Assembly (NCBI RefSeq): GCF_006345805.1
Contig: NC_043017.1
Location: 19,096,001 to 19,160,000 of the forward strand
Source of the DNA: Octopus sinensis
Taxonomy: Eukaryota
Length of the DNA: 64,000 nt
Reading direction: 5' to 3'
Shown here: positions 23,813 through 37,489 of the stretch, in pieces
Numbering within the stretch: the first letter of the stretch is position 1
Layout of the letters: every line of letters begins with the position of its first letter
Program-made: the position numbers and the translations under genes
The notes under the pieces: model-generated
Seen by the model: only the letters and a program-made list of their open reading frames with translations
What the model was told of the DNA's origin: nothing
Databases searched by the model: none

Positions 23813-24250
23813 AACCCTTTTGACACCAACCCGGCTGAAACCGGCTCTGGCTCTGTTGTACTAATGTCTTGTTTTCTTAAGTTCTGAATTAAAATCTTCC
23901 ACCAAACCTTCGTCACAATTTATGTTCCTAACACTAGCTGAATGATAACTAAGTTATTTTACTAAATTCTTTGTTATATTTAAAGAAATTGAAAGAAACA
24001 CAGAACATCTCAAAATAAATATAGTAACGAAAGGGTTAACCCTTTTGACACCAACCCGGCTGAAACCGGCTCTAGCTCTGAGTACAAATGTCTTGTTTTC
24101 ATGAGTTTGGAATTAAAACCTTAGTCACAATTTATGTTCCTAACACTAGCTGAATGATAACTAAGTTATTTTACTAAATTCTTTGTTATATTTAAAATTA
24201 ATTGAAAGAAACACAGAGCATTTCAAAATAAATACAGTAATGAAAAAGTT
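23813..24250 (+). mobile_element. Two tandem piggyBac-type MITEs sharing a TTAA
   Basis: CCCTTTTGACACCAACCCGGCTGAAACCGG...AAAGGG|TTAA|CCCTTTTGACACC... A reverse fragment lies at about 52460-52596. Confidence 0.75.
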
Positions 24251-25022
24251 AATAATGATAGTAATAATAATAATAATAATCCTTTCTGCTGTAGGCACAA
24301 CGCCTGGAATTTGGGGGAAGGGATTAAGTTGATTACACCAACCCCAGTGCGTAACTGGTACTTATTTAATCGACCCTGAAAGGATGAAAGGCAAAGTCAA
24401 CCTCGGCAAAATTTGAACTCAAAATGGGACGACGGATGAAATACTGCCAAGCATTTCGCCCTGCGTGCTAACAATTCTGCCAGCTCGCTGCCTTAGTAGT
24501 AGTAGTAGTAGTAGTAGTAGTAATAATAACAATGGTTTCAAATTTTGGTATGAGGCCTGCAATATCATGGGAGTGGGGAAGTTGATTATATCAATCAATC
24601 CCAGTGTTCAGCTGGTATTTATTTTATCAACCCCTGTAAAGATAAAAGGCAAAGTCGACCTCAGTGGAATTTGAACTCAAAATGTAAAGATGGACGAAAT
24701 ATCGCTTAACATTTTGCTTGGTGTGTTAATGATTCTGCCAGCTCACCACCATAATAATAGTAACAATAATAATAATAATCTTTCTACTATAGGTACAAAG
24801 CCTGAAATTTTGAGGGAGGGGGCGAGTTGATTATATCAACTCCAGTGCATAACTGGTGCTTATTTCATTAACCTAGAAAAGATGAAAGGCAAAGTTGACC
24901 TTGGCAGAATTTGAACTCAGAACATAAGGATGGATGAAATGCTGCAAAGTGTTTTGCTCAGTGTGCTAATGATTCTGCCATCTTGTTGCCTTAATAATAA
25001 TGATGATAATAATAATAATAAT

Positions 25023-25390
25023 AGCAAGAGCACTCACAGAGTGTAAACCTCTGCAAAGGCAATACCAATGTCCTCTCAGTGATTAGCCAGAGATGATTTT
25101 TAAAATGAGAATATCTGAAATAAGCTCGACCGCTCTCACTAACGAGAATACTAGAAATGAACCTGACTGCTCTCAAAAATTAAGTAAAAAACTGGAAAAA
25201 TAATCCAGAAGCTTTGTCCGGTACAGTATTGATCCCAAAATCAATCAGCTCGTGCCAGTCACGAGGCCAAACATTCTCGAAAGTTTCTGCAAATCCCTTG
25301 AGTGGTTCTTGAGATATCTTGTCCATGGACAAACAAACAAACAAACACAGCTGGAAACAATACCTCCGCCTTTGCTAAAGCAGAGGTAAT
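25023..25390 (+). mobile_element. Helentron-associated (HINE-like) non-autonomous element
   Basis: Starts AGCAAGAGCACTCA, has (AAAC)n near the 3' end and terminal hairpin ACAATACCTCCGCCTTTGCTAAAGCAGAGGT. Confidence 0.55.
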
Positions 25391-25854
25391 AATAAGTCCT
25401 TTCTGCTATGGGCAAAGGGGCTGAAATTTTGAGGAAGGGACTATTTGATTATATTGACCCCAGTGCTTGACTGGTTCTTATTTTGTGAACTCTGATAGGA
25501 GAAAGGGCAAAGTCAACCTTAGCAGCATTGTGTCTGTGTTTATTCCTCTACTACCACCTGACACTTGGTGTTGGTGTGTTTACATCCCTGTAACTTAGCA
25601 GTTTGGCAAAAGAGGTGGATAGAATAACTACCAGGCTTAAAAAGAAAAAAAGTTGTGGCTTTGATTCATTTGACGGAAAATTCTCCCAGGTGGTGCCCCA
25701 GTATGGCCGCAGTCTAATGATTGAAACAAGTGGAAAAGATAAACGATAAAAGATATATGTGTAACTTTCTTTGTGGCAAAGTGTGTTGTATGAATGATTT
25801 TGTGTGTGTGTGTGCATATGGTGTGGTATATTATTTTACAGATATATATATATA

Positions 25855-26248
25855 CTAGCAGTATCGCCCGGCATTGCTCGGGTTTGTAAGGGAAATAACT
25901 ATATAAGCATTTTTAGAGATGTAAAGTATAATAGCCATCTCAATATGGCTAACCACAAAGGGGGGTGTTACTGTAGCTTTTTACGTTCTGAGATTTAATA
26001 ATACATTTTTAGAAAGTTACTTCCCTTATATAATAGCAAAAAATGCATTAAAAATGGGAAAAAATTATGGTAAATTTTTTTTAAAATCATAGACTCATCG
26101 TAGACGCGCGCTAATACCCAGAAGAGCTCGATATGAATCACGGCTATAAGATACCCGCTTTTGGTTACACTGCACCGCAAAATGTGGGAGTAGTTAGGAA
26201 TCTAAATCGTAGGAGACAGACACACAACTTCACTTTTATATATAAAGA
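25855..26248 (-). mobile_element. Non-autonomous Helitron (same family as 11378-11764)
   Basis: Reverse complement with TC/CTAG termini and the hairpin. Confidence 0.8.
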
Positions 26249-28589
26249 TATATATATGTATGTATGTATAACTAATGTAGGATAAAATTTTTCTGGAAAA
26301 AAATTTTATCAATGGCCAGCATATCAAAAAATACCGTTAAAGGTTAAATCTATAAATAATTTACAAGATAAGGGCAGAAGAATTTTTCTTCTGCCCTTAT
26401 CTTGTATGTATGTGGATTGCTTTCAGTTTCCATGCACCCAATTCACTCACAAGGCTTTGGTCAACCTGGAGCTATAATAGAAGACACTTACCCAAAGTGC
26501 CACTCAGTAGGACTGAACCTGCAACCATGTGATTGGTAAGCAAACTTCTTACTACACAGCTGGTATTTGTGGCATTTTGAAACAAAGAACATTCAAAGCA
26601 AAATGTTACTCAATCAATTGCTTTCTGCATTTAAATGTCTAAGAAAAAAAAAACAACAAACAGTGAAGAATTTTGCTCAAATTGCAATAATTAACGCAGA
26701 AATTAATTTTGAGTTTTGAAAAGGTGACCATTGAATTGGAGGAGGGGATTAATAAAAATAAATAAACTTAACCTTTACACTAGATAGCTGTTATATGTGT
26801 GCTATACTTTGTGGTGAAAAATTAGGTTTGACTTAGTTAAATGTCACGATATTTTGGTGTGTCTTTTGAAATTAGATACATACACATTTTGTAGAATACT
26901 GTAAAGACACTGGCTGAGCAAAATGGTGATGTTGTGTTTACATCTCCTGTTAAAGAATTGGTCCTGTAGCTGTGTGGGTTTTGATTTATGAAAACTGGTG
27001 GAATATAAACTCCTTAATTGATAAACGGTTAAAGGTTGGTAACTAGAAGAGAACCCGACTGTAAAATACTGTCTCAGTAAGCTCTCTTTCAACTCATACC
27101 AGCATGGAAAAGCAGACATGGAAACAATGATGATATAATGTATCAAAGAATCATTGTGACTTTAACCTTTTGCCTGCCCTTTATATGTCCTTCGTATTGC
27201 ACCTGATGCACAAGACATATTTCTCAGGTGTACATGCAATATATATAATACACATTATCAGTTGCTTTCAATCACCAAGTTAACTTGGGATTTGTGAAAG
27301 GAAAGCTTTATATTACTCAGAATGAATGAAACAGGGACTAACTAAGGGTTTCAAAACAAGCCTGGATGTTGAGGGCAAACTTATGAACATGTTTGGGATA
27401 GGCATTTGCTTTAGTGATTAGAGTATCGGATTCATGATTGTGAGATTGTAGTTTTGATTATTTCTGGACCAGGCAACGTATTGTGTTCTTGAGCAAAACA
27501 CTTCATTTCACATTGCTCCAGTCCATTTATCTGGCAAAGGTGAGTAATCCTGAGAGGGACTGGCATCCTATCCAGGGGGAAAAAATATATGCACCACAGA
27601 AACCGGGAAACTGGCCTTCTGAGTCTATATGATTTGGGAAGGCATCTTATCCCCTCTTTATCATCCAGATAGGCACAGAATTAAGTATTCTGTACACAGC
27701 ATACAATAAATCACCAAGACTCTTAGAAAAGGGCTCTATTTTCTTGTGAAAGGCTCTACTTTATGTTTTACATAATCCATTATGTAAAATGTAAGTTGAA
27801 AACAACGGTAATTCTGTAAAAATAAATATAACTGGATGGTTGCAGCTGAAAGGGGTCTTGTTCATAGATCTCTTTGATCAGAATTGACCAAGAGTAAAAA
27901 AAAACTGCTTCAATTAGTAATCAGTATGAACCATCAAGGGAGCTTCTACGTGATTGCTTGATCTGCTGGAAATAGTAGCCTAATCTCACTGAACTCATAC
28001 ACTATGGTATTAAAAAAGAAATGACATATTGGATGTGATAGTTTTAGATAATGTCTGAAAAAAAACAACAATAAAAAATAGATGGGATGGTAACAACTGG
28101 AATGTCTTTGATCATAGCTTTTCTCAATTAAGGTTGACCTTGGGCTGAAAACCAAAAACAAACAAATTTTCTTTGTTAATTGGGAAGTAGACAGTATGAT
28201 GAATGTGTGAAGTTTTTATTGTGTTAAGTTAACGAACACAATCATTGGAGAGGTATAATTTATGAATCTGTGACATAAACAGCAATTAGACTGAGTGCAG
28301 TTATTAATAACCTACGGGAGAGAGGGACATGGTTGCGTAGGGGGGTGTTTGTTAGGCATTTCCATGTCTGTACTTGTTTGATCAGGGACTGGAGTGTTGA
28401 AGCCAAGACAAATTGCTTTATGTTAGAGTTACTGAAAACACAGCTAGCTTCAATTCTTGTTTTATTGTTTCATAATAATAATAATCATAATCAGAATGTA
28501 AGGATTGATGAAATGCCGCTAAGCATTTTGTCTGGGTGTGCTACTGATTCTACCACCTTGCCGCCTTAATAATAATAATAATAATAATT

Positions 28590-28998
28590 AATTCTTTTTA
28601 TTGGCCACAAGGGCTGACAAATACGATTGGAAAACATAAAGGGACAAAACAGGACGAAAGGTTACAAAAGGTTTTGTCCGTTTTTCGAAAGAAAAAAAGT
28701 CTGTGTAAACAAGCTTTATAACAACGAAAAAATTCAACAATTTACAAAACTCCCAATAGAGGAGACGCTTCGAAAAAGAAAAAGGTCTCACGTGGAAAAA
28801 CCCATAAAAGCCACAGGAGCCTGGTCAAAAGGGGGGTAGAGAGCCCCTTTCTCCTTTTATAATACCTTTTTCAATTACAGGCGAAACCTCAGAATTGGTC
28901 CATTTATGCTGGCCATTCTTGCACAATTCACCCACCTTTCAGAAAACTTGTTATCAGACAGCACTCTCCTCTCTAACCTCATAGTGAAGCTTGAAAAA
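28590..28998 (-). mobile_element. Tx1/L1-like LINE 3' end
   Basis: Minus frame FSSFTMRLERRVLSDNKFSERWVNCARMASINGPILRFRL* (stop 28877-28875), then a 3' UTR ending in an A-rich/(AAT)n tail. Confidence 0.6.
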
Positions 28999-29883
28999 GG
29001 CAATAATCCTTTTTAGTAAAGGCACATGGCCTGAAATTTGGGGGAGGGGGCTAGTCGATTACATTGCCCCCCCCCATCCCCAGTGTTTTACTGGTACTTA
29101 ATTTTATCAACCTCAAAAGAATGAAAGGAGAAGTTGACCTTGGTAGAACTTGAATTCAGAACGTAACAACAGGCGAAATACCACTAAGCATTCTACCCGT
29201 CCTGTTAACAATTCTGCCAGCTCACCACTTTAATAATAATAATAATATTAATAATAATAATAATAATAGAGGGAACATTAGTAACCAGGTTGGAGAAATT
29301 GGGATTGACACGAGGTTAGAACATGTTGAGAAAATTGCTTTATTGAGGAGAGTGAGGATGTTGAGATTAGTACCATGATGTTAAGTATCGTGGAAAGAGA
29401 CCCTGTGTAACCCTTGATAACAGGATGTTATCTGCTCTTAGAGAATTAACTGGAGCAAGTGATATCAAGAACTCTGAGAAGTGAAATGGAAGCGCAGCAG
29501 TAGCGATAATAACAATGATTACAAAATAATCATCAACTAGTGAATGTAATTGTGTGTGTATTTGTGTGCTTTTAATGGTTGGCAATGGCTCTTATCACTA
29601 TGTAATTATGGTGAAAGTAGGCCAAAACCGGTTCTCCAAACAATTTCGGGTATATAGAGATGAAAACATGTAAACTGCCCTACTCTCAGCTCAATCATTG
29701 AATTTTTTTTCTTTAGTAACAAAATCTTTGGGCTTGATGTTTAAACGCTAAAGGGTTTGCTCTCTAGCATTCAAACCAAATACACCTGGCCTGGACCAAA
29801 TATTCTACCTGTTTTGTGTCCAAACCAGCCAGATGCGACCCCTCACACCTATCCTACAATGTCATTCTAAAAACAAAGCAATC

Positions 29884-30043
29884 AGGAGTGGCCGTGTGGT
29901 AAGTAGCTTGCTTACCAACCACATGGTTCCGGGTTCAGTCCCACTGCGTGGCACATTGGGCAAGTGTCTTCTACTATAGCCTCGGACCGACCAAAGCCTT
30001 GTGAGTGGATTTGGTAGACGGAAACTGAAAGAAGCCCGTCATA

Positions 30044-30076
<33 letters not shown>

Positions 30077-30298
30077 GTGCGTGTATGTTTGTGTGTCTGT
30101 GTTTGTCCCTCTAGCATTGCTTGACAACCAATGCTGGTGTGTTTATGTCCCCATCACTTAGCGGTTCGGCAAAAGAGACCGATAGAATAAGTACTGGGCT
30201 TACAAAGAATAAGTCCCGGGGTCGAGTTGCTCGACTAAAGGCGGTGCTCCAGCATGGCCGCAGTCAAATGACTGAAACAAATAAAAGAGTAAAAGAGT
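29884..30298 (+). mobile_element. Full-length composite tRNA-derived SINE with internal microsatellite
   Basis: Head AGGAGTGG.CGTGTGGTAAG...GGTTCAGTCCC, core TGGGCAAGTGTCTT, internal (TA)n/(TG)n, tail ...GACTGAAACAA.TAAAAGAGTAAAAGAG. Many further copies, e.g. 42490-42900, 50490-50880, 54164-54568, 57242-57636. Confidence 0.88.
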
Positions 30299-31227
30299 AT
30301 ATCATTGAAATCTCAGATCTAGGAAATAATGCAGAAAGCACCATTCGAACATGGTTGCTGCCAGCCACTCTGCTCCGGCTGGCTCCTGTACCGGTAGCAC
30401 GTAAGAAGCACCAACTAAACGTGGCTGATGCCAGTGCCGCCTGACTGGCTCCCATGCCGGTAGCACATAAAAGGCACCCACTACACTCTCAAAGTGGTTG
30501 GTGTTAGGAAGGGTATCCAGCTGTAGAAACCTTGCCAGATCAGATTGGAGCCTGGTGCAGCCTCCTGGCTTGCCAGGCCTCAGTCAAACCGTCCAACCCA
30601 TGCCAGCATGGAAAGCAGACGTTAAATGATGATGATGATGATTGATTGATTGATTGATTCACATTGTTTTGAATTAATCAGGAATTATCTTTTAGCTTCA
30701 AGATTTCCATGTTGTTACTGTTTGTTTTTAGACTAACACTGAAGGGTGGGTGCGAAGGGCAGATTTGGCCAGTTTGAACAGAAAACCAGCAGAATCTTTG
30801 GGCCTGATATGGCTGGTTTAAAATGCCGAAGAGTTAAGACACAAAGAATATCATGTAATTTGTCTTTTGTTCTATGTTTGGTATTTGATGAAGTCGATCA
30901 TTTAGTCTTCCTGTGATTCAGAGCAATGAATGTCTGCGTACAAGAAGTTGTTTATGTGACTTGAAGTGGTTTTGGTGGTGGTGGTGGTGGTGGTGGTAGT
31001 GGCGGCAGTGATCTTGCTTATTGAAACTGTTAGAGACTCTCAAATGACAAAGAAACATGTTGGAGAGGCAATGTTGTTTAAAGTCTAAAAATAAATCTTC
31101 ATTATTACCAGAGAGTGTAATAATAAAGATAATTTATTGCCGCAATAAAATAGAAAGAAAAGGAAACATAAAGTCATTGATATGTCGTTATTTCTGTTTG
31201 TATAATTTTGTTGAAATTCATCAATCA

Positions 31228-31378
31228 TCGCCTTGACCATCATCATCATCACATTGTCATCACCATCATCATCACTCATCACCATTACTCATCATCATCA
31301 CCACCACCACCACCATCATCATCATCACATTGTCATCACCATCATCATCATCACCACCATCACTCATCATGATCATTA
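31228..31378 (+). repeat. (CAT/CAC)n compound tract
   Basis: Direct reading; source of the poly-His ORF. Confidence 0.9.
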
Positions 31379-32853
31379 TTTAATATCCACTCTTACATGC
31401 AGAGGTCAAATGGAATTCTGTGGAGTTAGATTTCCTGTGGCTAAGATACTTTCCTTGTCAGCAGTCCTCAACCCGTCTCCAAGGAAGATAATGTTTCCCC
31501 AATGGACAACATTGCTAGTATGGCACGGATGCTCTTTTACAACCATCACACACATGATGTCAAAACAAAAACACACACACACACATAAATGCACATTGCA
31601 TGCATGCACACACAAACACACACACACACACACACACACACATGCACACACAAACACATACACACGCACAAATGCATGTGCGCGCATGCACACACACACA
31701 CATACATTCTTCTTTCAGTACCAGTCTGCCACATTCACCCACAAGGCTTTGGTAAACCCCAGGAGAAGGCATCAATAGAAGCCACTTGGCCAAGGTGTCG
31801 TGCAGTAGGACTGAACCCAAGACCACATGGCTGGGAATATCAGCTTCTTTACCTGGCAGCTTCATCTGTGCTTGATTATGTTGTATTTATTTTTGTTTTG
31901 TATGATTTCACTGAATATGTAGTTTTTTTTATTTCTGTTGACCAATGCTTCCACATAACCTCGCTGGCCTTAGTATCTACTTATCCATCTCACCTCACTT
32001 TTGTTTCTTTCAGCATGGCTGCAGTTCAATGACACCTGGCTACTCTGGTTATGCACTGTTACCTGCTCTGCACCTTTTTGAAGAATGACTTCTAACACAA
32101 ACTTTCTCATAAACTTCATCTTCATTTTCTGATTTGTCCACCACATCACATTTGCAGGTATTACACACGATCAATTGTTGCTTTTTCTATTGTGTTTCAT
32201 AATATTACATATTATTGATATTGTTGTTGTTTCATCCCGGAATCAGTCCCTGGTAGACCAGACTTTTAATTAAAAAGCATTTAAGCTATTATCATCCCAT
32301 CATTGTTTTAAATAAGCTTTTTTTCTTCGTCATTTTATTTCTAACAAAAATATTTGTCATATTTTTAACAAAATACACCCTACCTCTATGTGTGTGTGTT
32401 TCACTACCACCACCACCACCACCATCATCATCATCATTATTCAGTTAATTAAAAAAAAACAAGAGAAGAAAAATCTCCCAATAATTTAGTAAAATCATTT
32501 TGTTGTTATTAAGCTGGTTTGGGGTATTTTACATAAAACTATGAGTTGTCTTCCATAAAATGTTAAATGATGGACCAGATATTTTTCATTATAAAAATAG
32601 AAGCAATTGTTGCATGGAGAATACATTATTACCCATTTAAAACACACAAAGACTCTTAACTTCACTTCAAATATTTGTTATTGAACTGCACTCTGGTTGC
32701 AATCCTGTCAGTGACCATGTTACGGTTGTGCAATAAAAATGTTGACACCAAATAATGAATGTTTAATTGAATTTAACAGAATTTGTGTGTTTTTGAATGG
32801 TTAATATGTGTATATTACATGCAAAAGTATGAAGCCTATGTGATTAATTCTGT

Positions 32854-32989
32854 CTACAGTTTTCTGCTTTCATATTGTATCAAGATTGTCCCAAACAATT
32901 CTTTCGTCTCCTGAATCAGTATAGATGTACATTTTACATGTGTATTTGCCATGGGGAGTAGAATATCCAACACTTCAGCCAGAATTCTT
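32854..32989 (-). CDS. Candidate terminal coding exon (RILAEVLDILLPMANTHVKCTSILIQETKELFGTILIQYESRKL*)
   Basis: Branch-like CTAAT plus long pyrimidine tract plus AAG acceptor; phase 2 matches the upstream exon; TAG at 32856-32854. Confidence 0.45.
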
Positions 32990-33199
32990 CTTCAGGGTAA
33001 AGATGATGGGAGAGAAATAAAAGACAACAGAATTAGGTGGGGGTGCTGATCACAATTCCTGATAAAAGCGTCACTGCTTTTTTTTCTCTCAAACATCTCA
33101 ATAATACTAAAACTCTAGAGATGTTTGTGTGTACCTGAAATACCTCAGAAATGGCATATTTTATCTTAATTTTCTTTGCATATTTATCTTCATACTTAC

Positions 33200-33315
33200 C
33201 TTCGGCAGTGCAGTACAATTTTTGTGTTATTTGGACCTCTATTTAAACGATTAAACACAATTTTGTTTGACGGAAAAAAAATCATGGCTTCTGTGACATC
33301 AACGCACATACGCAC
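33200..33315 (-). CDS. Candidate internal exon (VRMCVDVTEAMIFFPSNKIVFNRLNRGPNNTKIVLHCR+AG)
   Basis: Acceptor GTATATTCTTATAG, consensus donor AAG|GTAAGT, 210-nt intron to the next exon. Only one frame is open. Confidence 0.45.
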
Positions 33316-34964
33316 CTATAAGAATATACACACATTTAATGAATGTCATGGCACGTCAATCAACACAAACACATGTCTGCTATCTGTGACGTATACACAG
33401 ACATGGTCTTCGTGCTTTCTAAGAAAAAAAAAATGTCGACTTATTGATGTAAACAATATTTTAATCATTTTAGAAATATTTTTAACTGAATGTGATTTCA
33501 TACATCTTTCACTTTCTCCTCTCTTTCACTTTAAAACAAAAGTAACAAGTGATTTTCAGGATAAAAATTGTTAAAAAAGAAGCTTCTATTCAAGTTAACT
33601 GAATACTATTGTTTGGGTAGTTCCAATTAAATAAGAGCAGAAGTTAGGTTAAATATATATACATGCTTAACCCTAAGTACCATGAATTCCTGTTCTACAA
33701 ACTGGCAAACAATTCTGTGAATACTTTAGCAGACAACACTGGGTAGAAAGTCTAGCAGAGGATATAAAACCCTGTTGTCTTTCTTTATATTTCTTTCCTC
33801 TCATCTTTACATTGAAGACGGACTGTGTCTGAAACATATACTCCACTCACCACAGCAATTTCATGATACTGTTTGTGTCCCTTTTTCCAAAAAGTACAAA
33901 CCTTGCCAAAACAGCTGCCTTGGATCCTGTTTTATCTTGCTCCTGCATTCAGCAAATATAAATGGGAGTTAGTTTCTTGCCGATGGAATATACTGGTAAA
34001 ACTATATGACGCTCTAAATATTTTCTTAACCCTTTTGTTACCTTATTTCTGTTGAAATAGATTGCCTTTGTTTTAATTATTCTTGAAAGATAATTATGAA
34101 GTTATTATTGTGAAAGTAAATTTTGTTGCTTATTTTAGTAATGGTGTTAAAATATCTACCAAAAATAGGAATGGTATTTTCTGCAAGCCATGTTGCGTCA
34201 GTAAACTCAACATATCTCAACAGAAAATAGTTTCAAACATAGCATTCATCTACAAAAGATAGTGATATATAAAACTGCTTTCTGGAGTTAAGGATAATGA
34301 AATTTTGAGTGAATATATCAGCATTTCCTAGTGAGAAGACTAAGATGGTGTTTGGAACATGAGGTGAAATTTTGATGTTAGTTTTTATCCTAGATTATTT
34401 TTAAAGTAGGAATGTTGTATCACAGAACCAGGAGTGGTTTCAGATGGTTGATAGGAAAAGGGTTCAGAAAGGTTGGCAGGCAGGTTACCAAAAGCTCTAG
34501 TCCAAATGTTTACCACTCTGTAAAAGGCTGAGAAGGATTCATTTAACAACTCCAATTTAAACCCTTTTGTTACCATATTTCTGTTAAAATACACAACTTT
34601 TTCAATTAATTTTGAAATTAACAAAGAATTTAATGATAAAATAACTTTGTCATTATTAAGCTGGCATTTGCAGTATAAATTAACAAGAAATTTTGATAGA
34701 AAGTTTTAATTCATAGAACTAGGGGTGATCTCAAGCAGTTCATATCAAAAGGGTTCACCTGATGTTATTGCTATTTAGTTCCAGGTCTGTTCTTATCAAG
34801 GAGACTCGTGGTCAGCAGTGCTGCAACAATGACCAAGCTATTATTTTTGTTACCTCAGGGACTACCTTGCCCAATATGTCCTTCCTATTTTTTAAGTGGC
34901 AAGAGGTTTGGTTTTTATCTCCAGCAAACGGAATAACTACACAGAACGTTGAAGCCATTGGCTT

Positions 34965-35445
34965 AATGCAGTGTGTTGACACATACACGCACGCATGCAC
35001 ACACACTCAGACACAGACATGCACACACACACACATGTACACACTCCTCCCACATGGAGACACACACACGTCTGTGTGTGTGCGAACACGTACACACAAT
35101 ACACGTGAACACACAGACACAAATATGCATGCATACACACACACACAGACATACACATACACAGACATGCACACACACACAGACTTACTCACACACAGAC
35201 TTATACACACCTATGTACACACTCCCCCCAATGGACACACATGTGCGTGAACATGTACATGTAAATGCACACATACACAGGAGCATACACACACATGAAT
35301 GCGCGCACATGCAGACACACACATATACCACCCCCCGCTTGGGGACACACGTGTGTGCGAACATGTACACATAAACACACACGTACACTTGAGCATACAC
35401 ACACACACACACACGAACACGCATGCACACACATACACAGTGTGC
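34965..35445 (+). repeat. Degenerate (CA)n-rich tract
   Basis: Direct reading. Similar tracts at 16330-16650 and 31565-31705. Confidence 0.9.
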
Positions 35446-36509
35446 AGAAAAGTTATGGCCTGCATAATTGTAAACACGGGAGGGAGGACAATGAATAGGT
35501 AAACACCATGCTGAAGGTCATTTGTTTCTTGTTGCATAATGTAACATGGTTTCATTATAATGGCATAAATTCATTCATTGAGTGCTTATTAACCCTAAGC
35601 TAAGTCTGATTGAACAAACCTATGATCAAAGGCATTCCAACTGTGATCATCCCATCTCTGTAAAGGTATCTGGGACCATGTGATCCAAGGTCCTTCCCCC
35701 TTAAGATGAGGTGTAAGTTCAAGGGAAATAAATTGAGGCTTCCTTGTAGGTTTAACACTTATCATTTAGCCCAAGTCAGTTCTTTTTTTTTTTTTGAGCT
35801 TACTTCTAGTTAACGGCACTCCAGCCATGGCCATCCGATCTTTTTTTCCAGCTGTAAATACATCTAGGTATACATTATAGAAACTTATCTTTCTGTTTTT
35901 TCAAACAATAAGGTGTAATTTGATTTGAGGGTAATTTGGCTGTTATGTCTAGCATGTTGTAACTACATAATGGATCCCCTCTCCTTCGCTGAGGCACATT
36001 GTAACTGTTGGTGCATTGAACAATGATGTTTGTTGTTTGATATATAAATACATGAATGTGTCCATCCTGTCTATTGAAGTCTTGTCAAGTTGCATTTATT
36101 TACTGACAACTTGAAAGCATCATTTTCAGTTATTTTTTCCTATCCTTTTCCACCACCACCAGTAACATTTTTGGCTGGCAGATACAGTTATGAAAATATT
36201 ACCTTTCTCCCCACATCTCTTTTAAAAACAGGGAGTGTAGAAGCTTGAATGCTACAATGGAACAGGGATAATATAATAAAATTGTATGTATGTCAATCAA
36301 AATGGAATTGGATTATAAAATGGAGTGGAGTCAAAAGGACAAAGAAAAAAAAAATCCCAACAAAGGAAGAGGTGGTGGGTGGGGGTGAGGTGTTTGTGTT
36401 ATGTATTGATTGACTCTTGAGGTGTGGCATAAACTTGTTTATTCTTATGAAACAGAACAGAAAAGAAAACACACACACACACACACACACATACATATAT
36501 AAGCAGAGA

Positions 36510-37082
36510 AATGAGTGAAGGTCATTGAGGTTGTCAGAATGCGTGACAGAATACTTAAGCTCAGGCTAGTCTTGCAGAATAGTATAGCAATAATTATCTC
36601 TGCCTATGCCCCACAAAAAAGGCCTGTCAAATGAACAGAAGGACCACTTTTATGATATTCTTCTGCTGGCTACCTCAAAGACAAGTGACAATGATTTCAT
36701 CTTTGTGGTTGGGGGTTTCAAAGGGCATGTCAGATGGCAGCCTGGTATCTTCCATGGTGAACATGGGGCCATAGAATTGGTTCCTGAAATGAAGAGGGAA
36801 CAAGGTTACTGCAGTTCTGTGATGCAAATAGCCTATTGATCTGCAACATCAACTTGAGGAAGCCAGCCAGCCACCTGATAACCTACCAATCAGGTGACTG
36901 TGCTAGCCAGATCGATTACATTCTCAACAGACAGCAGGTTGCATGGTTGCTCCTAAATACAAAGACCCTCTCTGGTGAAGAATGCATCCCCCTGGAATAG
37001 ACTAGTCATCAGTGACTTTAGACTTCAGGCCAGAAGGATGCCAAGAAGCAGACCAATCTGGAAAAGAAGGATTTGGAAGCTT
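36510..37082 (+). pseudogene. Decayed RTE apurinic endonuclease fragment
   Basis: Frames DRILKLRLVLQ...ISAYAPQ..., QIDYILNRQQ..., RLVISDFRLQARRMPRSRPIWKRRIWKL are homologous to 61450-62050, with frameshifts and stops. Confidence 0.85.
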
Positions 37083-37258
37083 AACCCTTTCGCTACTGTA
37101 TTTATTTTGAGATGCTCTGTGTTTCTTCCAATTATTTTAAATATAAGAAAGAATTTAGTAAAAAATAACATTGTTATCATTGCGGTAGGTTGTTAAAGGT
37201 TGTTGGTTATGGTTGGTCAGGGAGTGACCATTGGTTTTGCGCCTATGTGGTCCTTAAA

Positions 37259-37489
37259 GGCGGCGAGCTGGCAGAAACGTTAGCACGCTGGGCGAAATGC
37301 TTAGCGGTATTTCGTCTGCTGTTACGTTGTGAGTTCAAATTCCGCCGAGGTCGACTTTGCCTTTCATCCTTTCGGGGTCGATAAATTAAGTACCAGTTAC
37401 GCACTGGGGTCGATATAATCGACTTAATACCTATGTCTGTCCTTGTTTGTCCCCTCTGTGTTTAGCCCCTTGTGGGTAATAAAGAAATA
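37259..37489 (+). mobile_element. Young full-length Nin-domain SINE
   Basis: Intact CpGs, with head, Nin core and tail ending GTAATAAAGAAATA. Confidence 0.88.

Noticed and set aside
32030-32200. Minus-strand exon KKQQLIVCNTCKCDVVDKSENEDEVYEK
   Set aside because: The acceptor is weak, two frames are open by chance, and it lies downstream of the predicted stop.
33670-34012. Long minus frame with two in-frame TGA codons (editing or selenocysteine readthrough)
   Set aside because: Three stops in about 115 codons is compatible with chance; there is no homology, SECIS or editing evidence, and phases do not join neighbouring exons.
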